A DNA stretch of 32,000 nucleotides from Microcystis aeruginosa NIES-843 (GCF_000010625.1 NC_010296.1:3540001-3572000); one strand, 5' to 3'. Shown: positions 1 through 9,748, counted from the stretch's first letter. The notes: a model not told the origin generated them from the sequence alone. A program made the numbers and translations.

Positions 1-91
1 TGGAATCTTTTTTAAAGCATCTAGAGAATCTCAGGGATTCGGTTAATTAAAAATGGCAATATTTCTGCAAAATCCTTAGGAGGATAATAAT

Positions 92-1027
92 TTGGAAAAC
101 ATCGGCAAAATTCCCCTCAAAGATGAATGGCGTAATCGCTGGGCAACCATCAAACAATTTATCCTTAATCCGGTTCGAGAAATGGCGTTTTTGCAAGATC
201 AGTTTCAAGTTTCTGAACTGTATACTAATATAGCGAAACGCGATCCTCATCTTCATGATCCTAATTTTCCCCAATGGCTTAATTTTGGTTATTGGCAAGA
301 AGAAACAACTTATAACGGAGCTTGTGCCGCTTTAGCGCGTAAATTAGCCGAAGTAGCCGAACTTAAAGCCGGAGATCACCTTTTGGATGTGGGTTTCGGT
401 TTTGCTGAACAGGATTTACTCTGGGTAAGAGAAAACAATGTTGGCTCAATTATCGGTCTAAATACAACCGAGTTACAAGTAGAAATTGCTCAAGAAAGAG
501 TAGCTAAAGCAGGGTTATCGGACAGGATAAAACTTCAAGTCGGCTCGGCTACTCAAATACCTTTTCCTGAGAATTCTTTTGATAAGTTGACCGCTTTAGA
601 ATGTGCTTTTCATTTTGACACTCGTGAGGATTTTTTTGCGGAAGCTTTTCGAGTTTTGCAGCCCGGTGGAAGGTTGGCTATAGCGGATTGTTTGCCTAGA
701 GTGGGTCGAGAAATTAACTTCTGGCTGCGGGTTAATAGTAAGAAAATGTGTATTCCCTTTGCTAATCAATACGACCGACATACTTATGTGGAAAAACTCA
801 AAAAGCATGGATTTGTTAATATCCAAGCTTTATCTATTAGTGAATATGTTTGGCCGGCAATGGTTCATTATTTTGCCCAGATTAGCCAAGGAATTAGTAA
901 GCATGATTTAGTTATCGATCTCCAGAAAGATAACCCTGGACTTGAAGCTTGGTCAAGAAATCGGGGTTGGTTTATGGCGTTTGATGATTATCTTTTGTTT
1001 TCGGCAGAAAAGCCTAAATTAAACTGA
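92..1027 (+). CDS. Class I SAM-dependent methyltransferase
   Basis: 311-aa ORF. TTG start at 92 is preceded by AGGAGG (78-83) with an 8-nt spacer. Contains the glycine-rich SAM-binding motif LLDVGFGFAEQD and downstream Rossmann-type motifs (GGRLAIAD). Confidence 0.8.
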   Translation: MENIGKIPLKDEWRNRWATIKQFILNPVREMAFLQDQFQVSELYTNIAKRDPHLHDPNFPQWLNFGYWQEETTYNGACAALARKLAEVAELKAGDHLLDVGFGFAEQDLLWVRENNVGSIIGLNTTELQVEIAQERVAKAGLSDRIKLQVGSATQIPFPENSFDKLTALECAFHFDTREDFFAEAFRVLQPGGRLAIADCLPRVGREINFWLRVNSKKMCIPFANQYDRHTYVEKLKKHGFVNIQALSISEYVWPAMVHYFAQISQGISKHDLVIDLQKDNPGLEAWSRNRGWFMAFDDYLLFSAEKPKLN

Positions 1028-1100
1028 GTTCGGTTTAAGCAGATTGATGTAAAACCCAGTCCATCGGTAGGGAGGACTTCTTGTTAGCGATCGCCTATTA

Positions 1101-1209
1101 ATACTAAATCCGTTCAGTATAGGCTACATATCAGGACAGGCACTCATGCAAGAGGCACTCATGCAAAAGGGGGAATGAATAATCAGTCTTTAATAACCGG
1201 ATTTAGTAT
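1101..1209. mobile_element. 109-bp MITE-like element with perfect 12-bp terminal inverted repeats
   Basis: ATACTAAATCCG at 1101-1112 and its reverse complement CGGATTTAGTAT at 1198-1209. The right half (GCACTCATGC...AATAATCAGTCTTTAATAACC) recurs inverted at 15709-15769. Confidence 0.5.
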
Positions 1210-1312
1210 AAGATATCCATTCAATCCGTGAAGTTGTTCAATTATCAACAGTATATCGCCAAAATAGAGAGAATAAACCCAATCCTTTGGCGAGAAAATA
1301 GGATTGAGTTAA

Positions 1313-1530
1313 TAAGTAGTTAGGCGTTAAAAACTATCAGACACCCCCCTTATCAAGGGGGGATTAAGGGGGGATCGACACCCCCCTTATCAAGGGGGGA
1401 TTAAGGGGGGATCGACACCCCCCTTATCAAGGGGGGATTAAGGGGGGATCGACACCCCCCTTATCAAGGGGGGATTAAGGGGGGATCGAACCCAAAATCT
1501 ATCTTCAATTTAATTATAACCAGCTACTTA
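1313..1530. mobile_element. MITE-like element carrying a G6/C6 hairpin module (copy A)
   Basis: Ends are TAAGTAG...CTACTTA. Flanking blocks (TAGGCGTTAAAA.. on the left, ..AATTTAATTATAACCAGCTAC on the right) are shared with a second copy at 2952-3104 in the same orientation. Confidence 0.6.
1340..1487. repeat. Tandem repeat, 4 identical head-to-tail 37-bp units
   Basis: Unit GACACCCCCCTTATCAAGGGGGGATTAAGGGGGGATC occurs at 1340, 1377, 1414 and 1451. Each unit contains a C6-TTATCAA-G6 hairpin. Confidence 0.95.
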
Positions 1531-1587
1531 CAATCCAGTCCTTGGGATAGGTTAAAAACACATCCCACGGTCTCGATTAAGTCAGAA

Positions 1588-2736
1588 TTACTGACGAATT
1601 TGTACTGGCATCACCAAATAGGTCATCTTTAAACCTCCCAAGGGGGTAAAAATAACCGGTTGGGTACTAGCATTTAACTGCATTTGGATATCATTATTGG
1701 GTAAAGCCTTCAAACCGTCCATCAAATATTTAACATTAAAGGCAATATCGCCACTTTCTCCCTGAATTTCCGCCGCCATGGACTCTTTGGCACTACCTAA
1801 ATCGGGAGACTCCACCGCTAGGGATAAACGGTCATTTTCGCTATCGAGGCTAAACTTGACTAAGTTATTCTTTTGGTCCGATAAAACCGCCACTAATTCC
1901 AAACAACGGATTAATTGTTTGCGGTCTAAAACCAAAGAGCGATCGAAGGATTTAGGAATTAACTGATTATAAGTGGGATAGGCCCCTTCTAACTTACGAC
2001 TGGTTAACCTCTGTTCCCCCATTTCAAAGATGACTTGAGAATCATCCACATGCAGAGTAATAGTCTCGATATTTTGTTTTGTTGCCATCATTCTTTCCAA
2101 TTCTCGCAGGGCCCGGGCCGGAATGGTGACATTAAAGCCACCAGAGGCACTTTCCACCTCCTCTAGGGGAGTTTGTACCACCGCTAAACGATGACCGTCT
2201 GTAGCGGCAAATTCTAGACAATCGACGGTTTTAGTTAAATGCACCCCCGTCAACACCTGTTTAGTTTCATCGCCACTAGCGGCAAACAAAGCGCCTTTTA
2301 GTCCCTCTGTCAAGGCAACTATAGGTAAATTAACAATTTCCCCATCGGCCACCGTGGGCAATTCTGGGAACTCATCGGCTTTCATGCCGCGAATTTGGAA
2401 CTGTGCCGAGGCAGTTTTCAGGAAAGCGAGACTATGCTCCTCATCATTCTCGTTTTCTTCCACAGAGATAGTGATTTCCCCCTCTCCCAAACGAGAGACA
2501 ATATCGTTAAGCAATTTTGCCGGCAGGGTAATTTTGCCCCCTTCCACCACTTCGGCCCGAAAACTGGTGCGAATCCCTAAACTCAAATCAAAAGCAGTCA
2601 GGCTAATTTCGCCCTTTTCCTCATCGGCACAAAAGAGAACATTGCCCAAAACCGGATGGGTAGGACGACTGGCAACGGCCCGACTAACTAGGGATAAATT
2701 GCTGTTGAGTTCGCTTTGACTACTGGTAAATTTCAT
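1588..2736 (-). CDS. dnaN: DNA polymerase III beta subunit (sliding clamp)
   Basis: 382-aa ORF. The N-terminus MKFTSSQSELNSNLSLVSRAVASRPTHPVLGNVLF and the C-terminus PVIFTP...YLVMPVQIR are typical of DnaN, and the length fits a three-domain clamp. Confidence 0.95.
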   Translation of the reverse strand: MKFTSSQSELNSNLSLVSRAVASRPTHPVLGNVLFCADEEKGEISLTAFDLSLGIRTSFRAEVVEGGKITLPAKLLNDIVSRLGEGEITISVEENENDEEHSLAFLKTASAQFQIRGMKADEFPELPTVADGEIVNLPIVALTEGLKGALFAASGDETKQVLTGVHLTKTVDCLEFAATDGHRLAVVQTPLEEVESASGGFNVTIPARALRELERMMATKQNIETITLHVDDSQVIFEMGEQRLTSRKLEGAYPTYNQLIPKSFDRSLVLDRKQLIRCLELVAVLSDQKNNLVKFSLDSENDRLSLAVESPDLGSAKESMAAEIQGESGDIAFNVKYLMDGLKALPNNDIQMQLNASTQPVIFTPLGGLKMTYLVMPVQIRQ

Positions 2737-2951
2737 AGCAGGAATAGTTTTTTTGTACGCTAAGAAATAATAGCAAGAATTCCCCTGTGGAAAATCTGTG
2801 GAAAACCTGAGCTTTTTTTGATCGCTCTTTCCGGGCTAAAATCTATCAATAGCAATAACTTCGCCCATTGCGAGGGTGTTTGGAGCAATTCTGAAAAGAT
2901 TGTGGAAAAATGGTCAAAAGTGAAATTTTCGCCCTTTCTCAGCCAATTACA

Positions 2952-3104
2952 TAAGTAGGTAGGCGTTAAAAGTTGTCAGATGCCCCCCTTATTAAGGGGG
3001 GATTAAGGGGGGATCCCCCCGCCTATCGGCACCCCCCTTATCAAGGGGGGCAGGGGGGATCAAACCTAAAATCCATTTTTAATTTAATTATAACCAGCTA
3101 CATA
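2952..3104. mobile_element. MITE-like element carrying a G6/C6 hairpin module (copy B, shorter)
   Basis: Flanking blocks match copy A. The internal module is reduced to about two degenerate units (CCCCCCTTATTAAGGGGGGATTAAGGGGGGATC and CCCCCCTTATCAAGGGGGGCAGGGGGGATC). Confidence 0.6.
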
Positions 3105-3291
3105 AGTTGTTAAGGATCAAGCTATAAGTCAAGAAGAGCGAGACTTGATCCGACCAGCGCTCTTCCTAGGGAAAAATTGCGTCAAATGTAGGCCAGTGAT
3201 CTTTAAAATGGAACAAGCAGCAGGAAGTTAACAAAACAAAGCTCTGGGGCTTTCCCAGAACCGATAGACTCAAGTAGACAAGGAGACAGGA

Positions 3292-4593
3292 TTGGTTAGC
3301 ACATCTTCGTATCAAACAACAAAATCGAAAGAAATCTTTACAGCCGCTCAAAAATTAATGCCGGGGGGTGTAAGTTCCCCCGTGCGGGCCTTTAAATCCG
3401 TCGGTGGTCAACCCATCGTTTTTGAAAGCGTCAAAGGGGCCTATATTCGCGACGTGGACGGTAACGAATACATCGACTATGTGGGAACTTGGGGGCCGGC
3501 TATCTGTGGTCATGCCCATCCCGAAGTGATTGCCGCCCTACACGATGCCCTAGACAAAGGAACCAGTTTCGGCGCTCCCTGTGTTCAGGAAAATATTCTC
3601 GCTGAAATGGTGATTGATGCCGTTCCCAGCATTGAAATGGTGCGTTTTGTCAATTCCGGCACCGAAGCCTGTATGTCCGTCCTGCGCTTAATGCGGGCTT
3701 TTACCGGCCGGGATAAAATCATCAAATTCGAGGGCTGTTACCACGGTCACGCCGATATGTTCCTCGTTAAAGCCGGCTCTGGTGTAGCGACCCTGGGCCT
3801 ACCCGACTCGCCGGGGGTTCCCAAAACCACCACTAACAACACTTTAACCGCCCCCTACAATGACCTGGAAGCGGTCAAAGCCCTCTTTGTCGAAAATCCC
3901 GACTCGATCGCCGGGGTGATTTTAGAGCCAGTGGTGGGTAATGCCGGCTTTATCGTGCCGGATGCTGGCTTTTTAGAGGGATTGCGGGAATTAACCAAGG
4001 AATACGGAGCCTTATTAATGTTTGATGAGGTAATGACCGGATTTCGCATCGCCTACGGTGGCGCTCAGGAAAAATTCGGCATTACCCCCGATTTAACCAC
4101 CCTGGGCAAAGTTATCGGCGGTGGGCTGCCGGTGGGGGCCTACGGCGGTCGGGCCGATATTATGGCGATGGTGGCTCCGGCCGGCCCGATGTACCAAGCG
4201 GGAACCTTATCCGGCAACCCTTTGGCCATGACAGCAGGAATTAAAACCCTCGAGTTACTCCAGCGCCCCGGCACCTACCAATATCTCGATAAAGTGACCA
4301 AATCCTTAACTGAAGGGCTGCTGAAAGTGGCCAGAGATGCTGGTCACAGCGTTTCTGGAGGTTATATTAGCGCCATGTTCGGAATGTTTTTCACTGGCTC
4401 CCCCGTACATAACTATGAAGATGCCAAAAAGGCCGATGTGGCTAAATTCGGTCGTTTTCACCGGGGAATGTTGGAAAGAGGCGTTTATCTAGCTCCTTCC
4501 CAGTTTGAAGCTGGTTTTACTTCTTTAGCTCACACAGAGGCCGATATCGAACGGACTTTGGCCGCCGCTAAGGAGGTTTTAGCAAGTTTATAG
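3292..4593 (+). CDS. hemL: Glutamate-1-semialdehyde 2,1-aminomutase
   Basis: 433-aa ORF with a TTG start after AAGGAGA. MVSTSS...[22 protein letters not shown] and the rest align by eye along the full length with cyanobacterial HemL, including the PLP-lysine region [17 protein letters not shown]. Confidence 0.95.
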   Translation: MVSTSSYQTTKSKEIFTAAQKLMPGGVSSPVRAFKSVGGQPIVFESVKGAYIRDVDGNEYIDYVGTWGPAICGHAHPEVIAALHDALDKGTSFGAPCVQENILAEMVIDAVPSIEMVRFVNSGTEACMSVLRLMRAFTGRDKIIKFEGCYHGHADMFLVKAGSGVATLGLPDSPGVPKTTTNNTLTAPYNDLEAVKALFVENPDSIAGVILEPVVGNAGFIVPDAGFLEGLRELTKEYGALLMFDEVMTGFRIAYGGAQEKFGITPDLTTLGKVIGGGLPVGAYGGRADIMAMVAPAGPMYQAGTLSGNPLAMTAGIKTLELLQRPGTYQYLDKVTKSLTEGLLKVARDAGHSVSGGYISAMFGMFFTGSPVHNYEDAKKADVAKFGRFHRGMLERGVYLAPSQFEAGFTSLAHTEADIERTLAAAKEVLASL

Positions 4594-5118
4594 TTAATGC
4601 CGCTTCGACTGGGAAAATTGATTGATAGAGTCCCAAGATTGATGAGTTGACATTTCCCCGCTTGCAAAAGACGGGGATTCTCCGGGGAAATTTGCGGAGA
4701 AACCCCGAACAATCGAGGGATTATTCTCCCCAGCACTGTCAAACCTATCAGTCTAACCACAGGCCGACCCTTTTTAGTCAACCAGATGGAGGAGACCATG
4801 AGCAAGCGGTATCTAACTTGACAAAAATTACCTCGGTTTTTATAATCCTGAAACCGTTAACAAAATTGAGCGATAAATAGCCCAGCAAAAAATCAAGAAA
4901 AACAGCAAAAAAAACGGGGTTCCCCCCTTGACAAATAGCCAAAACTAGGCATTAGTTAAATTTAATGATTTTTTAATAAAAACCGCTTTCTATCACCAGA
5001 AAGAGCGATGGGTAGATTTTTATCAGAGTAATGTAATCATCTTTACAACTATCGGGGATCAAAGGATGTTAGGGTGAAGGAGCGATGACAAACCCACTTT
5101 AAGATCACCCCAATTGCT

Positions 5119-5499
5119 ATGGCACAGATTCTCGATCCCCTCCCCAACGGCAAGAAAAATAGTATTCTTTGTTGCTATGTCAATGCGACCAGTCATATTC
5201 AAATTGTTCGCATCACCAATATTGCTAACTGGTATTTTGAAAGGGTGGTTTTCCCCGGGCAGCGTTTAGTATTTGAGACCCTAGCGGATGCTTTCTTAGA
5301 GATTCATACGGGGATGATGGCCAGTGCCATCCTTTCCGATAACATCCCCTGTGAACGCCTTTATATCAGCGATGGGGATGACGATGACTCCGATGGTCAA
5401 CTAGAGGGGGAAATATTCTACCCCCATTCCCTAGAGGAAAGTCAAGGGGCGAAAATTGACAATACCGTACCCTTCGGTTTAAGTTTAGCTTCCGCCTAG
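5119..5499 (+). CDS. DUF1830-like small cyanobacterial protein with acidic C-terminal extension
   Basis: 126-aa ORF. The core ILCCYVNATSHIQIVRITNIANWYFERVVFPGQRLVFE matches my memory of the cyanobacteria-restricted DUF1830 signature. It is followed by a DGDDDDSDGQLEGE tail. Confidence 0.6.
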   Translation: MAQILDPLPNGKKNSILCCYVNATSHIQIVRITNIANWYFERVVFPGQRLVFETLADAFLEIHTGMMASAILSDNIPCERLYISDGDDDDSDGQLEGEIFYPHSLEESQGAKIDNTVPFGLSLASA

Positions 5500-5507
5500 C
5501 TAATCAA

Positions 5508-8135
5508 CTAATCTGATAATTCCCCTCGCACGAGAATCACAGTGCAATTAACGGCACGGGCAATCGTCGAGGGGATATTGCCATTTAATAACTGATTGAG
5601 CAGACTCTCTCTAGATGCACCCAAAAGCACCAAGGAACAATCTTCCGATTCTACCAGATTAATTACCGCCTCGGCCGGAGAGGCCGAACGAATCGGTAAA
5701 GGCACGACTGGCTGTGCGATCGCTTTTTGTAAAGATGCTTGTAAAACTTCCAAAGTGGACAGATCTGGCAGTAACTCCGTCGGAGAATAAATTTTACATA
5801 ACCAAAGTTCGGGATGATCCGAAGACTCGGACAAAGACAGCAAACTAGGCAATAATGCTAAAGCTCGTTGAGCATTGGGACCTCCGGCAGTGGGAATCAG
5901 CCAAATCCTTTCCCGATTAAGATCGTTGGGAAAACAATCCTTTGTCCCCAATTTTACCAAGATGGTTTCACAGGGAGCCTCAGCGATCAAAGTATCGACT
6001 GAAAACCCGAAAATCGCCCCAGTAGTGGATTTTTCCCCCGTCCAACCCATAATTAATAAATTGCTGTGTCGTTCGCGAATCGTGGCTAAAATCCCGTCGG
6101 CGATATCCTGAGCCACAGAAATTTGTGTATGAACAGAGATATGCTGCTGTCGGGCTAATCTTTCCAGACGATGAAGTAATTTGCGTCCTTCCCGTGTATC
6201 TACCTTTACTTCCGCCGGAGAACTAAGACGAGGCACAGTAATCACATAGAGACAATCTATCTCATAATTGCGTTCACTGGCGATCGCAGCAGCAATTTTA
6301 AACAAAGCAGTAGCGGTGTCAGGATTGGCAATAGGTAATAAAATCCGGCCTATTCCCACAGCTGGGGAACGAGTTTGATAAACCACATAGGAAGGGGTAC
6401 TGGGTTGGGGCAGTTGACAAACTCCCCCCAATTGATCGGCTTCCACCCGAATAATATCGGTGCGGGTGATGATCCCCACCAGTTTTTGACCGTCGGTAAC
6501 GGGTAAACGGGAAAGCTGATAGCGATTTAAGAGAAATAAAACATCGGTTAAAGCTGCCTGGGGGGCCACAGTAATCGGATTGGGAGTCATGATCTCCCGT
6601 AGGACTGTTTGACTGTTTTTTGATCGCCATTTATCCAGATCACTTTGGGTAAAAATCCCCAATAGTCGCCCCTGTTCCACCACGGGAAAACCGCGATGAT
6701 GGGAACGGGACATAATTTTCACCACTTCCCCCAGGGGTAAATCCGCCGGCAGAATTTCCACCTGCGATTGCATCACATCCATAGCCGACAGATGGGCCAA
6801 CACATCATTAGAAGGGGTTTCTTCGTTGAGAATAATACCACTAGCGGAAAGTAAATGCTGATAGAGGGAACCGGGGTGAATGCTTTCGGCAGTGATATAA
6901 GAAACGGCACAGGTCAACATCAGGGGCAGCACAATATTAAAATTGCGATGCAGTTCAAAGACAATCACGATCGCCGTTACCGGAACCCTGACTACTCCCG
7001 TAAAAAAAGCCCCCATACCGGCTAAAGTATAACTAGGTTCGCTGCCGAAACCCATCATTTTCGTCTCGATTCCCCCCACCAGAAACCCCAAGCAGGATCC
7101 CAACACCAAAGCGGGGGCGAGGAGTCCTCCCGGAGCGCCGGAACTATAGGAGATCATCGTCAGGAAAAAATAGACCACAAAAGCGAGGGCGGTATTCTGC
7201 CAACTTAATTCCCCTGCCAGCAAAAATTCGCGTAAACCCGTATTATCCCGAAAAAAGTCGGGTAAAAAGGCCACTACCGTTCCCGATAACCAGCTGACCA
7301 GACCGATGCGCCAAGCCAGAGATAACCGCCAACGCCGCTGCAGCTGGCTACAAAAAAGGATGCCTTGATTGAATAAAGCCCCCAATAAGCCCGCTAAAAC
7401 CCCCAAAAGGCAATAAATGGGTATTTCTTGGGCAGAGAAGCTAATATTGGCATATTCAGTGATGATCGAGGGGGTATTCTGCAGCATCATCGAAACCACG
7501 GCCCCGGTAAAGGAAGCCACAATCGCCGTTTCTAGGGTCATACTGGAGACATCGCGCATTAATTCCTCGATCACAAAGAGGACGCCGGCGATGGGAGTAG
7601 TAAAACCGGCGGCTAACCCCGCGGCTGCCCCGGCTGCGATCATCTGACGACGGTGATCGGGACTGGTGGGCAGCCAGACGCTTAATTGGGCCGCTAGGGC
7701 TGCTCCGATGTGTACCGTAGGGGCGCGACGACCAAGGGTTAAACCACCGCCAAGGATCAGGATCGCCCCGATCATTTTTACTAGGGCGACCCGCCAAGAC
7801 AGGGGCAAAGGATATTTAGCTAAGGCCGCTTTTACTTGGGGAATACCACCCCCGGCGGCCGCGGGGGAGAAGTGTTCGACAATCCAACCGGCACTGTAAC
7901 CGAGCAGAAAACCGCCGAGGGGCAAAACTAGGAAAGGAGAGGAATTGGCTACTAGATGCACCCGCCAACCACCTAACCAACCGATACCCAATTTCAGGAT
8001 AATAGCGGCAAGGGCGGAGAGAATTCCGATTAAACAGGCTACCAGTAAAGCATAGCGACTATCGGTTGCGCTACGTCCGAAGTGTTGGGATTTAAACCAC
8101 TGACGGAGGTTTTGGTGACGGGCAAAAAGTCCCAT
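5508..8135 (-). CDS. ClC-family chloride channel/transporter fused to tandem CBS and two USP-like domains
   Basis: 875-aa ORF. ClC motifs are GGGIPQVKA, GRRAPTVHIG (GREGP-type) and GAPGGLLAPAL (GxFxP-type), with many TM helices. Two CBS-like segments lie at about residues 455-590. Two universal-stress-protein-like alpha/beta segments follow (ILLPIANPD...LLIMGWTG and IWLIPTAGGPN...LVLLGASR...ILVRG). Confidence 0.9.
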   Translation of the reverse strand: MGLFARHQNLRQWFKSQHFGRSATDSRYALLVACLIGILSALAAIILKLGIGWLGGWRVHLVANSSPFLVLPLGGFLLGYSAGWIVEHFSPAAAGGGIPQVKAALAKYPLPLSWRVALVKMIGAILILGGGLTLGRRAPTVHIGAALAAQLSVWLPTSPDHRRQMIAAGAAAGLAAGFTTPIAGVLFVIEELMRDVSSMTLETAIVASFTGAVVSMMLQNTPSIITEYANISFSAQEIPIYCLLGVLAGLLGALFNQGILFCSQLQRRWRLSLAWRIGLVSWLSGTVVAFLPDFFRDNTGLREFLLAGELSWQNTALAFVVYFFLTMISYSSGAPGGLLAPALVLGSCLGFLVGGIETKMMGFGSEPSYTLAGMGAFFTGVVRVPVTAIVIVFELHRNFNIVLPLMLTCAVSYITAESIHPGSLYQHLLSASGIILNEETPSNDVLAHLSAMDVMQSQVEILPADLPLGEVVKIMSRSHHRGFPVVEQGRLLGIFTQSDLDKWRSKNSQTVLREIMTPNPITVAPQAALTDVLFLLNRYQLSRLPVTDGQKLVGIITRTDIIRVEADQLGGVCQLPQPSTPSYVVYQTRSPAVGIGRILLPIANPDTATALFKIAAAIASERNYEIDCLYVITVPRLSSPAEVKVDTREGRKLLHRLERLARQQHISVHTQISVAQDIADGILATIRERHSNLLIMGWTGEKSTTGAIFGFSVDTLIAEAPCETILVKLGTKDCFPNDLNRERIWLIPTAGGPNAQRALALLPSLLSLSESSDHPELWLCKIYSPTELLPDLSTLEVLQASLQKAIAQPVVPLPIRSASPAEAVINLVESEDCSLVLLGASRESLLNQLLNGNIPSTIARAVNCTVILVRGELSD

Positions 8136-8372
8136 AATTATCAGGGAGAATCAAGGCAATGGCGGAGCGAGGATTTATTTAGGGTTCTGATTCCTCGTTT
8201 CTTTAATCATAGGCCGTTAAGTTCTGTCACCGTTCACCTTGTTGCTACCAGTGGCCCTAATAGTAGTTTTTCTATCGATGGGCTAGGATCAAAGGTTGTC
8301 CCTGTCTTTGAGCGGAGGGTATTTTAAAGTTTCAAGAGAAATATAATCAGATATAGTCAAGCATGGCAATAT

Positions 8373-8675
8373 GTGGACAGGAAACTATCAGACTAGGCAA
8401 AAAAAACAGGAATAAGTTATCGAACGGCTTGGAGGTGGTGGAAACAAGGGAATTTAACAGGCTATCAATTGCCTTCTGGTACAATTATCATAACGGATGA
8501 CAACCATTCAAAACCCGACTTGATAGCTGGCACTTATGCAAGAGTTTCCAGCGCCGAAAATAAAGACAATCTAGATAGACAAGCTGACCGATTAAAAGAT
8601 TATGCTGTTGCTAGAGGCCACAAAATCTACAAAGTTGTCGAAGAAGTAGGCAGTGGGATAATCGCCAACAATTAG
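8373..8675 (+). pseudogene. IS607-type serine recombinase (TnpA) remnant
   Basis: Single-frame translation reads VDRKLSD*AKKTGISYRTAWRWWKQGNLTGYQLPSGTIIITDD...YARVSSAENKDNLDRQADRLKDYAVARGHKIYKVVEEVGSG. This is an HTH plus the catalytic YARVSS motif. There is an in-frame TAG at 8394-8396. The ORF ends after about 100 codons where roughly 200 are expected, and no tnpB follows. Confidence 0.7.
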
Positions 8676-8697
8676 CCAAAATTCTAGTTGACCCCAA

Positions 8698-9288
8698 TTA
8701 TGTTGGTTCAATAATTTTTATCCCTGCTCTAAATTCCCGCAGTGCTTGAGCATGATTTTCTGTATTAATACAACGCATCAATAAACCTACATCTAAACTC
8801 GGTAAAAGTTGCGATTTACTAACAGCTTCATATCCCTCATTTCCTAAACTATAAAACAATAACTCATCATTCGTCCAAAACCAAACTTCAGGAATTTGTA
8901 ACCGTTTGTATGCTTCCAGTTTATTAATTCCTCCACTACTAACAACCACCTCAATCACTAAATCAGGATGTTTTCTATTTGCTCCCAATTCATAAGATTC
9001 ATCACCTTCTTTTTTAACCTTTTCAAATTCATTTTCTAGGGTGACAGAACCAGTAGGAGTAAAATCTAATTCCAAAAATTCTAAATAAATTTCTACTAAA
9101 GAAGCAATACGTTTTTTGATAGTTTCCTGTTTTTTCCCTGGCATTTTTCTAATCTCCAAAACTCCATCTAAAAAAGATAACCTTAACCCTGGGCGCTCAA
9201 TTAGCTGTTCAACAGCTTTAAATTCTCTCCAGGTTAGGTCACTAATTAAAATTGGTTCTGCTTCCCGTTCAATGAGTGTAGTTATCAT
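8698..9288 (-). CDS. Uma2-family (DUF820) PD-(D/E)XK endonuclease
   Basis: 196-aa ORF. It has the Uma2 hallmarks: a GDESYELG segment, PDLVIEVVVSS, and KLEAYKRLQIPEVWFW. The family is highly expanded in cyanobacteria. Confidence 0.8.
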   Translation of the reverse strand: MITTLIEREAEPILISDLTWREFKAVEQLIERPGLRLSFLDGVLEIRKMPGKKQETIKKRIASLVEIYLEFLELDFTPTGSVTLENEFEKVKKEGDESYELGANRKHPDLVIEVVVSSGGINKLEAYKRLQIPEVWFWTNDELLFYSLGNEGYEAVSKSQLLPSLDVGLLMRCINTENHAQALREFRAGIKIIEPT

Positions 9289-9360
9289 AATTTAAACCCA
9301 AATTTAGAGAGTGAATTTTTATCAATATGATATCATCTAAAAATAGATTATCATAAAAAC

Positions 9361-9452
9361 AGGACTTACGCAAAAAAGACCGAAAGTAGGGGTAATTCAT
9401 GAATTACCCCTACGCAAGAATAAGGCGTTCAGCCACGTCTTGCGTAAGTCCT
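9361..9452. repeat. Nested-palindrome small dispersed repeat
   Basis: Outer 13-bp inverted repeat AGGACTTACGCAA (9361-9373) / TTGCGTAAGTCCT (9440-9452). It encloses the perfect 28-bp palindrome GTAGGGGTAATTCATGAATTACCCCTAC (9386-9413). Confidence 0.85.
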
Positions 9453-9463
9453 AAAAAAACATC

Positions 9464-9748
9464 ATGCAAGCATACAAACTCAAAGGAAAAATTGATCAAT
9501 CTGGTAACTTGCTGATTACCCAACCCCTGAATTTACCCCCCAGAAACGTGGAAATTGTAGTTTGGGCAGCCACAGACACCCTTGATCATACCACAACCCC
9601 AACCACTGAACCAGCACCAGAAACACCAAAAAGACCAACTAAAATCAAGGTTTTGCAAAACTGGTTTGAGAAAACCCAACCTGCACCTCCTGATTTTGAT
9701 CCAGATCAAGCTAAATGGGAATATTTAAAGGAGAAACATAACCTGTGA
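9464..9748 (+). CDS. Putative VapB-like antitoxin (AF2212/DUF104-like N-terminus)
   Basis: 94-aa ORF. The N-terminal KGKIDQSGNLLITQPLNLPPRNVEIVVW resembles small beta-rich antitoxins paired with PIN toxins. Its stop overlaps the GTG of a PIN-like reading frame (GTGA at 9745-9748). Confidence 0.55.
   Translation: MQAYKLKGKIDQSGNLLITQPLNLPPRNVEIVVWAATDTLDHTTTPTTEPAPETPKRPTKIKVLQNWFEKTQPAPPDFDPDQAKWEYLKEKHNL

Noticed and set aside
47-298. 83-aa minus-strand ORF at the window start
   Set aside because: It is antisense to the methyltransferase gene and its RBS region, and gives a K/I/F-rich AT-driven translation with no start context.
1340-1487. Possible CRISPR array, because a 37-bp unit with an internal palindrome is repeated four times
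   Set aside because: The units are strictly contiguous with no spacers. The same module sits inside a TIR-bounded element that recurs at 2952-3104. No cas genes are present in the window.
1778-2719. Plus-strand ORFs inside dnaN, and similar antisense ORFs inside the ClC gene, glyA, ppc, the MraY-like gene and minC
   Set aside because: They are antisense to long ORFs with unambiguous family signatures, and their own translations show no recognisable motifs.
4530-4880. ORFs 4530-4805(-) and 4647-4880(+) in the hemL-DUF1830 gap
   Set aside because: They are mutually overlapping on opposite strands, have no RBS, give low-complexity R/P/L-rich translations, and sit in a region dominated by short inverted repeats.
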